This document shows, in pieces, positions 33,317-46,434 of a stretch of DNA of 64,000 nucleotides. A model generated the notes under the pieces. It worked only from the letters and a program-made list of their open reading frames with translations, was not told where the DNA came from and searched no databases. The DNA lies in the NCBI GenBank assembly GCA_965226045.1, contig CBDDBU010000027.1:18003-82002 (forward strand). The letters are read 5' to 3'. This DNA comes from Alphaproteobacteria bacterium (GTDB taxonomy: Bacteria; Pseudomonadota; Alphaproteobacteria; VGEJ01). Numbering within the stretch: the stretch's first letter is position 1; the number at the start of each line of letters is the position of its first letter. The translations under genes and the position numbers were made by a program.

Positions 33317-33392
33317 GGCCGTGGCGCGCGGCGTCCGCGCGCCGGCCGGTGTTATGATGCTCGCGCGGCGGGCGACATTTGGGAGCATCTCC

Positions 33393-34925
<1,533 letters not shown>

Positions 34926-35003
34926 GCGGCGCTTGTAGCCGTATCATGACGACCTCACCTCCACGCGACTTGATGGACGGAGAGCTTCGTTGTTGGCCTT
35001 TCC

Positions 35004-35398
35004 CACACCTCATCCTGAGGAGCACGCGCAGCGTGCGTCTCGAAGGATCGGGAGCGAGGCGTCGGGTCGCCACATGACTGCCTGGGTCTACCTGTTGCGC
35101 TGTAGTCACGGCCGGTACTACGTCGGGACGACGCGCGCGAGCCTTGAGCGGCGGGTCGGCGAGCATAACGCTGGAACCTACGGCGGATTCACCACGAAGC
35201 GGCGCCCTGTGGAGCTGGTTTTCCATGAATGCTTCGAGATGGCGACGGATGCGGCCGCGGCCGAGCGCCGACTGAAGGGCTGGAGTCGGGCGAAAAAGGA
35301 AGCGCTGACCCAAGGCGACTTCGGGGCGTTGAGGCAGTTGTCGAAACGGCGCCGATCCTTCGAGACGCACGCATCGCGTGCTCCTCAGGATGAGGTGG
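35004..35398 (+). mobile_element. Small TIR-bounded element carrying a GIY-YIG nuclease ORF, inserted in the pccB-pccA spacer
   Basis: Left arm 35004-35050 and right arm 35352-35398 are reverse complements with ~94% identity over ~47 bp (CACACCTCATCCTGAGGAGCACGCGCAGCGTGCGTCTCGAAGGATCGG). Confidence 0.5.
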
Positions 35399-35412
35399 GG
35401 CGAGATGGCTGA
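35074..35412 (+). CDS. GIY-YIG nuclease family small protein (~112 aa)
   Basis: MTAWVYLLRCSHGRYYVGTT...RVGEHN...; the 3' end reads through the right TIR. Confidence 0.8.
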   Translation: MTAWVYLLRCSHGRYYVGTTRASLERRVGEHNAGTYGGFTTKRRPVELVFHECFEMATDAAAAERRLKGWSRAKKEALTQGDFGALRQLSKRRRSFETHASRAPQDEVGRDG

Positions 35413-35522
35413 TATCCCGCGCGGCGTTCAAATCAGTGTCCCTGACGACGTGACGCGCGAGACTTTGCGTTTCGTACAGCGTCTGCGCGGACCGATGGCG
35501 CGCCCTTAGAAGGGTTTTAAGG

Positions 35523-37482
<1,960 letters not shown>

Positions 37483-37490
<8 letters not shown>

Positions 37491-37779
37491 AACGGCTCGA
37501 CGAGTGGCTCGCGTGCGCGTCCGTGGCCGCGTGCAGGGCGTATGGTTCCGGGGCTGGGCGGTCGATCAGGCAAGCGCGCTGGGCCTCGACGGGTGGGTGC
37601 GCAACCGCGTCGATGGCGGCGTGGAGCTGATGGTGTCGGGCCCGTCCCCCCAGGTCGCGCGGATGATCGAACAGTGCTGGCGCGGCTCACCTGCGGCGCG
37701 CGTCGACGCCGTCGATGTCACCGACGTTGAAGACTCGCGTGACCTCACCGCCGGCTTTGTCCAGAGATCGACGGTGTGA
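37483..37779 (+). CDS. acyP: Acylphosphatase
   Basis: VRVRGRVQGVWFRGWAVDQASALGLDGWVRNRVDGGVE. Start TTG 37483 or GTG 37504; overlaps the pccA stop. Confidence 0.75.
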
Positions 37780-37782
37780 GCG

Positions 37783-38499
37783 GTGAGCCACTTCGACATC
37801 GCCGACGTCATCCGCGATTTCCCCGACTTTCGTGTCGGCCTGGTGGTGGCCGAGGGGCTGACGGTGCCACCGACCCGGACCGACGAATTGGAGGCGGTCG
37901 TGGCGGCCGCCGAACGACATGCCGCCGAACGGCTCGGCGAGATCGCCCTGGACAAGGTGGCAGCGCTCAAGTGCTGGCGCGATGCCTACAGGGCCTTCGG
38001 CGTCAAGAAGACGAGCTATCGCTCGTCGGTTGAGCGCCTCGCCAAGGCGGTCCAGCGCGGCCGGGGCCTCGCCCGCGTCAACGGCATGGTCGACCTGTAC
38101 AACGCCGTCTCGCTCGAAGCGCTGATGCCGGTCGGCGCCGACGACCTCGAGCGGGTGAAGTTGCCGTTCGGCTTTCGCCGCGCTGAGCGCGACGAGAGCT
38201 TCATCGCGCTCGGCGGCGAGACGCCCGACCCGCCGAAACCAGGCGAGGTGGTGTATGCCGACGCCGAGAAATGCCTGTGCCGGCGCTGGAACTGGTATCA
38301 GGACGCGCGCAGTGCGATCGGGCCCGGCACTGAGCGCGCGGTCCTGACCGTCCAGGCGCTCGAGCCCAATCGAGCGGACGTCTGCGCGGTATCGGAGCGA
38401 CTGGCCGCACTGCTCGCCGATCATTGCGGCGCCCGCTGTGCCGTGGCCGTGGCCGATCAGGCTACCCTGCGGATTGAGCTTCCGCTGAGAATGTGGTGA
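37783..38499 (+). CDS. Standalone B3/4 (tRNA-binding/editing-like) domain protein
   Basis: [23 protein letters not shown]...[19 protein letters not shown], resembling the PheT B3/4 domain. Confidence 0.8.
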   Translation: MSHFDIADVIRDFPDFRVGLVVAEGLTVPPTRTDELEAVVAAAERHAAERLGEIALDKVAALKCWRDAYRAFGVKKTSYRSSVERLAKAVQRGRGLARVNGMVDLYNAVSLEALMPVGADDLERVKLPFGFRRAERDESFIALGGETPDPPKPGEVVYADAEKCLCRRWNWYQDARSAIGPGTERAVLTVQALEPNRADVCAVSERLAALLADHCGARCAVAVADQATLRIELPLRMW

Positions 38500-39121
38500 G
38501 GAAGGCGTGCCTCAACGCCGCATCGACCTCGCTCATCGGGGCGTTGATGCCGAGCGCGGCGAGCGAGGTCACGCCGTGATCTTTGACGCCGCACGGGACG
38601 ATGCCGGCGAAATGGGCGAGGTCGGGATCGACGTTGAGCGCGACCCCGTGATAACTCACCCAGCGGCGAATCCGCACGCCGATGGCGGCGATCTTGTCGT
38701 CGCTCCCAACGCTCCCATCTTCGCGGGCCACCCAGATTCCGACCCGGCCCTCACGGCGTTCGCCGCGCACGCCGAAGTGGGTCAACGTCGCGATCAACCA
38801 CCGCTCCAATCCGCCCACATAGGTCCTTATGTCGCGGCCGCGCTGCTGCAGGTCGAGCATGACGTAGGCCACGCGCTGGCCCGGCCCGTGGTAGGTGAAC
38901 TGGCCGCCGCGTCCGCTGCGGTGGACCGGCAGGTAATCGGAATCGAGCAGGTCGGCCGGGTCGGCGCTGGTGCCAGCGGTATACAGGGCTGGGTGCTCCA
39001 ACAGCCACACCGCCTCGGGCGCACGGCCTTCGCGAATCGCCGCGACCCGCGCTTCCATCCGCGCCACCGCGTCCTCGTAGGGCACCGGCTGACGGCTGCT
39101 CAACCACTCGATGCGATCCAT
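38462..39121 (-). CDS. lipB: Octanoyltransferase (lipoyl(octanoyl) transferase)
   Basis: 219 aa, ...[25 protein letters not shown]... Confidence 0.9.
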   Translation of the reverse strand: MDRIEWLSSRQPVPYEDAVARMEARVAAIREGRAPEAVWLLEHPALYTAGTSADPADLLDSDYLPVHRSGRGGQFTYHGPGQRVAYVMLDLQQRGRDIRTYVGGLERWLIATLTHFGVRGERREGRVGIWVAREDGSVGSDDKIAAIGVRIRRWVSYHGVALNVDPDLAHFAGIVPCGVKDHGVTSLAALGINAPMSEVDAALRHAFLTTFSAEAQSAG

Positions 39122-39190
39122 CGTCCTCGATCTCGACCGGCGGCGACGCTACCTAGCGTTTTGCCTTGCCGCCGCTATACTAACCGACGA

Positions 39191-39436
39191 ATGAAGACGG
39201 TAGATAAAGCGGTCTAAGATGTTTCGGTCGAGCTTTCGGTGGTCCTGGGGAAGGCCTCGATGCCGATCCATCAACTGTTGAAGATGGGGCGCGGCGCCGT
39301 TATCGAGCTAGAGGTGACGGTCGACGACGATGCCTGGATATACGCCAACAACAGGCTGATCGCCCGTGGCGAGGTTGTCATCGTGGGCGAGCACGTCGGG
39401 GTGTCCATCACCGATACCGTAGTCTCGGAGCGCTAA
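39191..39436 (+). pseudogene. Orphan FliN/SpoA-domain mini-gene with an in-frame TAA at codon 9 (or a 65-aa ORF from GTG 39239)
   Basis: DVSVELSVVLGKASMPIHQLLKMGRGAVIELE...IARGEVVIVGEHVGVSITDTVVSER aligns without gaps to the E. coli FliN C-terminal domain. The similarity starts right after a TAA at 39215. Confidence 0.5.
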
Positions 39437-39521
39437 GCGGTGTCCGGCGCCCGGCCTTGGCACTTCGGCCGAGGCACCCTTGCGGGCGCGTAAGGGATTT
39501 GTTATCGCAGGCTGTTATCTT

Positions 39522-39609
39522 GCGGTCGTGGCGGAACTGGTAGACGCGCAGCGTTGAGGTCGCTGTGGGATCATATCCCGTGGAAGTTCGAGTCTTCTCG
39601 ACCGCACCA
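39522..39609 (+). tRNA. tRNA-Leu, anticodon GAG, class II with long variable arm, CCA encoded
   Basis: Acceptor stem GCGGTCG/CGACCGC, anticodon loop TTGAGGT, T-loop TTCGAGT. Confidence 0.9.
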
Positions 39610-39740
39610 CTTAACATAGCAAGCCCCCGAGGCCTTCTCGGCGGGCGTGCTGCGCCGGCCGAGAAGGCGCTGGACATCGGCCGGTAGCTATTTTCGCGGG
39701 CGCGCGTGGCCCGCTTCTCGACTGACGTACCGGATGGTTC

Positions 39741-42041
39741 ATGACTGACAAGCTCGATGCAATGGCGCTCGACTACCACCGCCGGCCGACGCCCGGCAAG
39801 ATCAGCGTCACACCGACCAAGAGTCTCGCCAACCAGCGCGATCTCTCTCTGGCCTATTCACCAGGGGTCGCGGCCGCTTGCATGTTGATCGCGGAGGACC
39901 CGGCCGAGGCCGCCAATCTCACGATACGCGGCAATTTGGTGGCGGTTATCACGAATGGCACGGCCGTTCTCGGTCTTGGCGCGATTGGGCCCTTGGCGGC
40001 CAAGCCGGTGATGGAGGGCAAGGGCGTCCTGTTCAAGAAGTTCGCCGGCATCGACGTGTTCGACCTCGAGGTCGCCGAGACCGACCCCGACCGTTTCATC
40101 GAGGTCGTGGCGGCCCTCGAACCCACCTTCGGCGCCATCAACCTCGAAGACATTCGCGCGCCGGAATGCTTCGTGATCGAGAGCAAGCTGCGCGAGCGCA
40201 TGAAGATTCCAGTCTTCCATGACGACCAGCATGGCACCGCCATCGTCGTCGCGGCGGCGATCTACAACGGCCTGCGGGTGGTCGGCAAGGAGATCGGTGA
40301 GGTCCGCCTCATGTGCTCGGGCGCGGGCGCGGCGGCGCTGGCCTGCCTCGATCTGCTGGTGAGCATGGGGCTCGACCCAGAGAAGGTGATGGTTGCCGAC
40401 CGCAAAGGCATCGTCCACACCGAGCGTCCGGAGGAGATGGACGAGTATAAGGGTCGCTGGGCGCGCAAGACCGACTCGCGCACCTTGGCCGACGGCGTGA
40501 ACGGCGCCGACATTTTCCTCGGTGTCTCGGCGCCCAACGTGCTCAGCGCCGAGATGGTGAAGACGATGGCCGATAAGCCGCTGATCATGGCTCTGGCCAA
40601 CCCGGTGGCCGAGATTCAGCCCGAAGTCGCGCGCGCGGCGCGACCCGACGCGATCATCGCCACCGGCCGTTCGGACTATCCCAATCAGGTCAACAACGTG
40701 CTGTGCTTCCCGTTCATCTTCCGCGGCGCGCTCGATGTCGGGGCGACCACCATCAACGAGGAGATGAAGATTGCGTGCGTCCATGCGCTTGCCGATCTTG
40801 CCAAGGCCGAGGCCTCCGACGTTGTCGCCAGCGCCTATGGCGGCCAGTCGTTGTCGTTTGGTCCGGAGTATTTGATTCCCAAGCCGTTCGATCCGCGCAT
40901 CGTGGTCGAGGTCGCGCCGGCGGTCGCCAAGGCCGCGATGGACAGCGGCGTGGCAACCCGCCCGATCGCTGACTTCGAGGCCTATCGCCACACCCTGGAG
41001 CAGTTCGTCTACCGCTCCGGTTTGGTGATGAAGTCGTTGTTCGATGCGGCGCGCGCCGATGCCAAGCGGCTCGTTTTCGCCGAGGGCGAGGAGAGTCAGG
41101 TGCTTCGGGCGGTGCAGATCGTGAGCGACGATCACCTGGCCAAGCCGATCCTGGTCGGCCGCCGGCGGGTGATCGAGATGCGCATCGATCGTCTCGACCT
41201 GCGCATGCGCGCGGGCGTTGACTTCGAGATCGTCGACCCCGAGGACGATCCGCGCTACCGCGACTACTGGCAGCACTACCATGGCCTGACGGAGCGCCAC
41301 GGCGTGACGCCGGACGCGGCGCGCACCATCGTCCGCACCCGCAATACCGTCATCGCGGCCCTGATGGTGGCGCGCGACGACGCGGACGCCATGATCTGCG
41401 GCTACGTCGGCCGCTACGCCCGCCACCTCGCCCACCTCTACGATGTCATCGGCCTGCGCGAGGGGGTGAGCGAAGCCTCCGCGGTGGAGCTGCTCATCGT
41501 GCCGACGGCGACCGTGTTCATCGCCGACACCGGCGTCGGCTACGACCCCTCGGCGGAACAGATCGCGGAGAAAACTCTCCTCGCGGCGGAACTGGCGCGC
41601 CGTTTTGGGGTGACCCCAAAGGTAGCTCTGGTCTCTCACTCGAGCTTCGGCGGCGCCGACGCCGCCTCGGCGATCAAGATGCGCGAGGCCCTTGCCCTGG
41701 TCGACAAGGCGGCGCCCAACCTCGAGATCGAAGGCGAGATGCGTGCTCATCTGGCGTTGTCCGAATCGGCGCGGGAGCGCTTGTTTCCGAACTCGCGGCT
41801 CACCGGGTCCGCGAACGTCCTGATCATGCCCAACGTGGACTCGGCCAACATCGCCTTCAACCTGGCCAAGGGACTGGGGGAGGGGCTATCGGTCGGGCCG
41901 ATCCTGACCGGCATGGCGCGTCCGGCGCATATCGTTAGCCAAGCGGTGACGGTTCGCGGTCTCGTCAACATGAGTGTGCTCGCGGTTACCGATGCCCAGG
42001 CCCACGCGCGCGGCGAAATGGGCGCGTTGCCGGCGGGCTGA
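39741..42041 (+). CDS. maeB: NADP-dependent malic enzyme (malic enzyme + PTA-like domain)
   Basis: 766 aa, N-terminal malic-enzyme fold, C-terminal phosphate acetyltransferase-like domain. Confidence 0.93.
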   Translation: MTDKLDAMALDYHRRPTPGKISVTPTKSLANQRDLSLAYSPGVAAACMLIAEDPAEAANLTIRGNLVAVITNGTAVLGLGAIGPLAAKPVMEGKGVLFKKFAGIDVFDLEVAETDPDRFIEVVAALEPTFGAINLEDIRAPECFVIESKLRERMKIPVFHDDQHGTAIVVAAAIYNGLRVVGKEIGEVRLMCSGAGAAALACLDLLVSMGLDPEKVMVADRKGIVHTERPEEMDEYKGRWARKTDSRTLADGVNGADIFLGVSAPNVLSAEMVKTMADKPLIMALANPVAEIQPEVARAARPDAIIATGRSDYPNQVNNVLCFPFIFRGALDVGATTINEEMKIACVHALADLAKAEASDVVASAYGGQSLSFGPEYLIPKPFDPRIVVEVAPAVAKAAMDSGVATRPIADFEAYRHTLEQFVYRSGLVMKSLFDAARADAKRLVFAEGEESQVLRAVQIVSDDHLAKPILVGRRRVIEMRIDRLDLRMRAGVDFEIVDPEDDPRYRDYWQHYHGLTERHGVTPDAARTIVRTRNTVIAALMVARDDADAMICGYVGRYARHLAHLYDVIGLREGVSEASAVELLIVPTATVFIADTGVGYDPSAEQIAEKTLLAAELARRFGVTPKVALVSHSSFGGADAASAIKMREALALVDKAAPNLEIEGEMRAHLALSESARERLFPNSRLTGSANVLIMPNVDSANIAFNLAKGLGEGLSVGPILTGMARPAHIVSQAVTVRGLVNMSVLAVTDAQAHARGEMGALPAG

Positions 42042-42105
42042 GCCGGTGCGCCTCGCCGCACTCCTCGTTTAGCGTTACACTGGCGGCGAGGATGCGGCCC
42101 CGCGC

Positions 42106-43278
42106 ATGATTTCCAACCGACCGCCCAGTTTCGATTTTGACCTCGGCGAGACCGCCGACATGCTGCGCGATACCGTGGTGGCGTTCGCCGCCGACGAGAT
42201 CGCGCCGCGCGCCGCCGACATCGACCGCACCAACGACTTCCCGGCCGATCTGTGGGCCAAACTCGGCGCTCTCGGCCTGCTCGGGATAACCGTCGAGGAC
42301 GAGTACGGCGGCGCCGGCATGGGCTACCTTGAGCATGTCGTGGCGATGGAGGAGATCAGCCGCGCCTCGGCCGCCGTCGGCCTGAGCTATGGTGCCCACT
42401 CCAACCTCTGCGTTAATCAGATTCGGCGCAGCGGGAGCCAAGCGCAAAAGCGTCGCTACCTGCCCCACCTGATCGCCGGCGACCATGTTGGAGCGTTGGC
42501 GATGAGCGAGGCCGGGGCCGGCTCCGATGTCGTCGCCATGCGCCTCAAGGCGGAGCGCAAGGGCGATCGCTACGTCCTCGACGGCACCAAGATGTGGATC
42601 ACCAACGGCCCCGACGCCGATGTCTTGGTCGTCTACGCCAAGACCGACGCCGAGACCGGTTCGCGCGGCATCACCGCCTTCATCGTCGAGCGCACCATGC
42701 CCGGCTTCGCCACCTCGCAAAAGCTCGACAAGCTCGGCATGCGCGGCTCCAACACCTGCGAGCTGGTGTTCACGGGCTGTGAGGTCCCGGCGGAAAACGT
42801 GCTCGGCGCCGAGGGCGGCGGCGTTGGCGTGCTGATGAGTGGGCTGGACTATGAGCGCACGGTGCTCGCGGGCGGGCCGCTCGGCTTGATGCAGAGCTGC
42901 ATGGACGTGGTCGTGCCCTATCTCCACGAGCGCCGGCAGTTCGGCCGCGCGATCGGCGAGTTTCAGCTCATGCAGGGCAAGCTCGCCGATATGTACACGA
43001 CGTTGAACGCGTGCAAATCCTACGTCTACGCGGTCGCGCGCGCGTGCGACCGCGAACGCACGACGCGTAAGGACTCCGCTGGTGCTATCCTCTACGCGGC
43101 CGAGAAGGCGACCTGGATGGCGCTCGAGGCGATTCAGTGCCTGGGCGGCAACGGCTATACCAACGAGTACCCGACCGGCCGCCTCCTGCGCGACGCCAAG
43201 CTTTACGAGATCGGCGCCGGCACCTCGGAGATCCGACGCATGCTGATCGGCCGTGAATTGTTCGACGAGAGCGCGTGA
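42106..43278 (+). CDS. ivd: Isovaleryl-CoA dehydrogenase (acyl-CoA dehydrogenase family)
   Basis: 390 aa ACAD; sits in a cluster with the MCC genes. Confidence 0.9.
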   Translation: MISNRPPSFDFDLGETADMLRDTVVAFAADEIAPRAADIDRTNDFPADLWAKLGALGLLGITVEDEYGGAGMGYLEHVVAMEEISRASAAVGLSYGAHSNLCVNQIRRSGSQAQKRRYLPHLIAGDHVGALAMSEAGAGSDVVAMRLKAERKGDRYVLDGTKMWITNGPDADVLVVYAKTDAETGSRGITAFIVERTMPGFATSQKLDKLGMRGSNTCELVFTGCEVPAENVLGAEGGGVGVLMSGLDYERTVLAGGPLGLMQSCMDVVVPYLHERRQFGRAIGEFQLMQGKLADMYTTLNACKSYVYAVARACDRERTTRKDSAGAILYAAEKATWMALEAIQCLGGNGYTNEYPTGRLLRDAKLYEIGAGTSEIRRMLIGRELFDESA

Positions 43279-43880
43279 TGGCGGCGCCGATCGAGTTCTT
43301 CTTCGACTTCGCCTCGCCCTATGGCTACGTCGCGAGCCACCTGGTCGAGGCCGTGGCCGGCCGCCACGGCCGGGCGGTGGTCTGGAAGCCCTACATGATG
43401 GGCGCGGTGTTCAAGATCGCCGGCACGGGCCCGCTCATGGACTATCCTCTGAAGGGCGCCTACGCCGCCCGCGACATGGCCCGAACCTGCCGCCTGCACG
43501 GTCTGCCGCTCACCTTTCCCGATGGCTTTCCCCATTCCACCTTGGCGCCAGCGCGCGCCTTCTATTGGTTGGCGGACCGCGACGAGGGGTTGGCGACGCG
43601 GTTTGCCCTGGCCGCCTACGACGCCTACTTCGGCGCGGGCCGCAACACCGGCGATCCGGCGATCACCGGCGAGATCGCCGCCGGCCTCGGGCTCGACGCC
43701 GGCGAAGTGCTGGCCGCCATCCAGGACCCGGCGATCAAGGTGCGCCTCAAGGCCGAGACTGACAGCGCGATCGAACGCGGCATCTTCGGGTCGCCCTTCT
43801 TCATCGTCGATGGCGAGCCCTTCTGGGGCTCGGACCGGCTCGATCAGCTCGAACGCTGGCTCGCCAGCGGCGGCTGGTGA
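43275..43880 (+). CDS. DsbA-like 2-hydroxychromene-2-carboxylate isomerase family protein
   Basis: [11 protein letters not shown]...[18 protein letters not shown]; 4-bp overlap with ivd. Confidence 0.85.
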   Translation: MMAAPIEFFFDFASPYGYVASHLVEAVAGRHGRAVVWKPYMMGAVFKIAGTGPLMDYPLKGAYAARDMARTCRLHGLPLTFPDGFPHSTLAPARAFYWLADRDEGLATRFALAAYDAYFGAGRNTGDPAITGEIAAGLGLDAGEVLAAIQDPAIKVRLKAETDSAIERGIFGSPFFIVDGEPFWGSDRLDQLERWLASGGW

Positions 43881-43919
43881 CGACCGTTCGTCAGGCTCGC
43901 CCGATGTCTTAGGATCTCG

Positions 43920-43951
43920 TAATTGATCAAGAGTAAACAATTAGTTATATG
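43920..43951 (+). promoter_or_regulatory. AT-rich promoter/operator candidate upstream of the MCC operon
   Basis: TTGATC-N17-TATATG, plus inverted repeat TAATTG-N12-CAATTA, then a T8 run; ~45% GC in a 65% GC genome. Confidence 0.3.
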
Positions 43952-43992
43952 ACGTTTCGCCCCTTTTTTTTCCGGAGCGTTCGTCGGGTACC

Positions 43993-45600
43993 ATGAGCGC
44001 GCTGGCCACGGCCGTCGAACGGGGCTCCCCCGACTTCGCGGCGAATGCCGCGCGCATGGAGGCGCTGGTCGCGGATTTGCGCGCCGAGGCGGCGCGCGCG
44101 GCCGAGGGCGGCAACAAGGCGGCGCGCGACCGGCACACCGGGCGGGGCAAGTTGATGCCGCGCGAGCGAGTGCATGCGCTGCTCGATCCCGGCGCCCCGT
44201 TCCTCGAACTTTCGCGGCTCGCCGCCCACGGCATGTACGAGGGCGGGGTGCCGGCGGCGGGCCTGATCACTGGCATCGGTCGCATCAAGGGCCAGGAGTG
44301 CGTCGTGGTGGCCAACGACGCCACTGTCAAGGGCGGCACCTATTTCCCGATGACGGTGAAGAAACACCTGCGCGCCCAGGAAATCGCGGCCGAGAATCGG
44401 CTGCCGTGCGTGTATCTGGTGGATTCGGGTGGTGCCTTCCTGCCCGAGCAGGACCGCGTCTTCCCCGACCGCGACCACTTCGGCCGCATCTTCTATAACC
44501 AGGCCAAGATGTCGGCGGCCGGCATTCCCCAGATCGCGGTGGTGATGGGCTCCTGCACCGCCGGTGGCGCCTACGTCCCCGCGATGTCGGATGAGAGCAT
44601 CATCGTTCAGAATCAGGGCACCATCTTCCTCGCCGGCCCGCCGCTGGTGAAGGCGGCGACCGGCGAGGAGGTCAGTGCCGAGGAGCTTGGAGGCGCCGAA
44701 GTTCATTCGCGCGTCTCGGGCGTGACCGACCACATGGCGCGCGACGATCTCCATGCCCTGGCATTGGCGCGGCGGGCAATCGGGCATCTCAATCGACAAA
44801 AGCGAGTCGATCTCGCCTGCCGCCCCTCGGCCGAGCCGCTGCACGATCCGTGCGAGCTCTACGGCGTGGTGCCGCGCGAGTCCCGCACCCCCTACGATGT
44901 CCGCGAGGTGATCGCCCGCATCGTCGATGGCGGCGAGTTCGACGAGTTCAAGCGCGTCTACGGCGAGACCCTGGTCACCGGCTTCGCCCATCTGCATGGC
45001 TATCCGGTCGGCATCGTCGCCAACAACGGCATCCTGTTTTCGGAATCGGCGCTCAAGGGCGCGCATTTCATCGAGCTGTGCGGTCAGCGCCGTATTCCCT
45101 TGATCTTTCTTCAGAACATCGCTGGCTTCATGGTCGGCCAGAAATACGAGGCCGGCGGCATCGCCAAGGACGGGGCCAAGATGGTGATGGCGGTGTCATG
45201 CGCGGCGGTGCCTAAGATCACGGTCATCATCGGCGGCTCGTTCGGCGCGGGTAACTACGGCATGTGCGGTCGTGCCTTCGGCCCCCGCTTTGTCTGGATG
45301 TGGCCGAACGCGCGCATCTCGGTGATGGGCGGCGAGCAGGCGGCCGGGGTGCTTGCCCAGGTCCGGCGCGACAGCATAGAAAAGAGCGGCAAGCGCTGGT
45401 CGAAGGCCCAGGAGGCCGCCTTCAAACGTCCTATCGTCGGCCAATACGAGACCCAAGGGCACCCCTATTACGCCACCGCGCGGTTGTGGGACGATGGCGT
45501 CATCGACCCGGCCGAGACCCGGACGGTGTTGGCGCTGTCGCTGTCGGCCGCGCTCAACGCGCCGATCGAGGAAAGCCGCTTCGGCGTGTTCAGGATGTAG
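43993..45600 (+). CDS. liuB: Methylcrotonyl-CoA carboxylase beta subunit (carboxyltransferase)
   Basis: 535 aa acyl-CoA carboxyltransferase, paralog of pccB. Confidence 0.92.
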   Translation: MSALATAVERGSPDFAANAARMEALVADLRAEAARAAEGGNKAARDRHTGRGKLMPRERVHALLDPGAPFLELSRLAAHGMYEGGVPAAGLITGIGRIKGQECVVVANDATVKGGTYFPMTVKKHLRAQEIAAENRLPCVYLVDSGGAFLPEQDRVFPDRDHFGRIFYNQAKMSAAGIPQIAVVMGSCTAGGAYVPAMSDESIIVQNQGTIFLAGPPLVKAATGEEVSAEELGGAEVHSRVSGVTDHMARDDLHALALARRAIGHLNRQKRVDLACRPSAEPLHDPCELYGVVPRESRTPYDVREVIARIVDGGEFDEFKRVYGETLVTGFAHLHGYPVGIVANNGILFSESALKGAHFIELCGQRRIPLIFLQNIAGFMVGQKYEAGGIAKDGAKMVMAVSCAAVPKITVIIGGSFGAGNYGMCGRAFGPRFVWMWPNARISVMGGEQAAGVLAQVRRDSIEKSGKRWSKAQEAAFKRPIVGQYETQGHPYYATARLWDDGVIDPAETRTVLALSLSAALNAPIEESRFGVFRM

Positions 45601-45602
45601 CC

Positions 45603-46406
45603 ATGGCCAATGCGACCATAGCTGGGGCGGCGGTCATCGTATCGAGAATGGCCGGTGTCGCGACGCTGACTCTCGACCGCCCGCGCGTCCACAACGCCTT
45701 CGACGAGGCCATGATCGCCGAGCTCACCGCCGCTCTCGTGGCCCAGGCCGGCGATCCGACGGTGCGTGTGGTGGTGCTGGCCGCTACCGGCAAGAGCTTT
45801 TGCGCCGGCGCCGATCTCGGCTGGATGGGCCGGGCAGCCGATTTCACCGCAGCCGAGAACCTCGCCGATGCGCGCGCGCTCGCCGGCCTGATGTCGACCC
45901 TCGATGGACTGCCCAAGCCGACCATCGCGCTGGTGCACGGCCCGGCCTACGGCGGTGGCGTCGGCCTGGTCGCCTGCTGCGATGTCGTCGTGGCGACCCC
46001 GGCGGCCCGCTTTCAGCTCAGCGAGGTCAAGCTCGGCCTGATTCCCGCTGTGATTTCGCCCTATGTAGTCGCCGCCATCGGCGCGCGCCAGGCACGGCGC
46101 TATTTCCTCACGGCCGAGACGATGCCGGCCGACGAGGCGTTGCGTCTCGGGCTCGTTCACGCCCTATGCGCCGACGAGGCCGATCTCATGGCCACGCGCG
46201 ACCGCCTGCTGGAGGCGTTCGGCAGCGGCGGGCCCGAGGCGATCGCCGACGCCAAGGACCTGATTGCGACGCTGGCTAGTCGATCGATCGATGGGCGGGT
46301 GATCGAGGAGACGGCCGGGCGCATCGCACGCCGCCGCACCCACGCCGAGGCGCGCGAAGGCATCGCGGCGTTTCTTGAAAAGCGCACCCCACGCTGGGCG
46401 GACTAA
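45603..46406 (+). CDS. liuC: Methylglutaconyl-CoA hydratase (enoyl-CoA hydratase/crotonase family)
   Basis: MANATIAGAAVIV...KSFCAGADL. The six-frame ORF 45264-46406 extends upstream as an artefact over liuB. Confidence 0.88.
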   Translation: MANATIAGAAVIVSRMAGVATLTLDRPRVHNAFDEAMIAELTAALVAQAGDPTVRVVVLAATGKSFCAGADLGWMGRAADFTAAENLADARALAGLMSTLDGLPKPTIALVHGPAYGGGVGLVACCDVVVATPAARFQLSEVKLGLIPAVISPYVVAAIGARQARRYFLTAETMPADEALRLGLVHALCADEADLMATRDRLLEAFGSGGPEAIADAKDLIATLASRSIDGRVIEETAGRIARRRTHAEAREGIAAFLEKRTPRWAD

Positions 46407-46434
46407 GCACGTGGGCCGCCGACCCCCACCGGCC

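Noticed and set aside
33168-33392. 5' extension of pccB overlapping the ATP12 gene
   Set aside because: PccB homology begins at [10 protein letters not shown] (33393).
42049-42090. 9-bp inverted repeat after maeB (CCTCGCCGC...GCGGCGAGG)
   Set aside because: It has a 24-nt loop and no U-tract. It could be a REP or terminator but is not distinctive.
45264-45602. 5' extension of the hydratase ORF overlapping liuB
   Set aside because: Crotonase homology starts at MANATIAG (45603), directly after the liuB stop. The upstream extension is R/G/P-rich.
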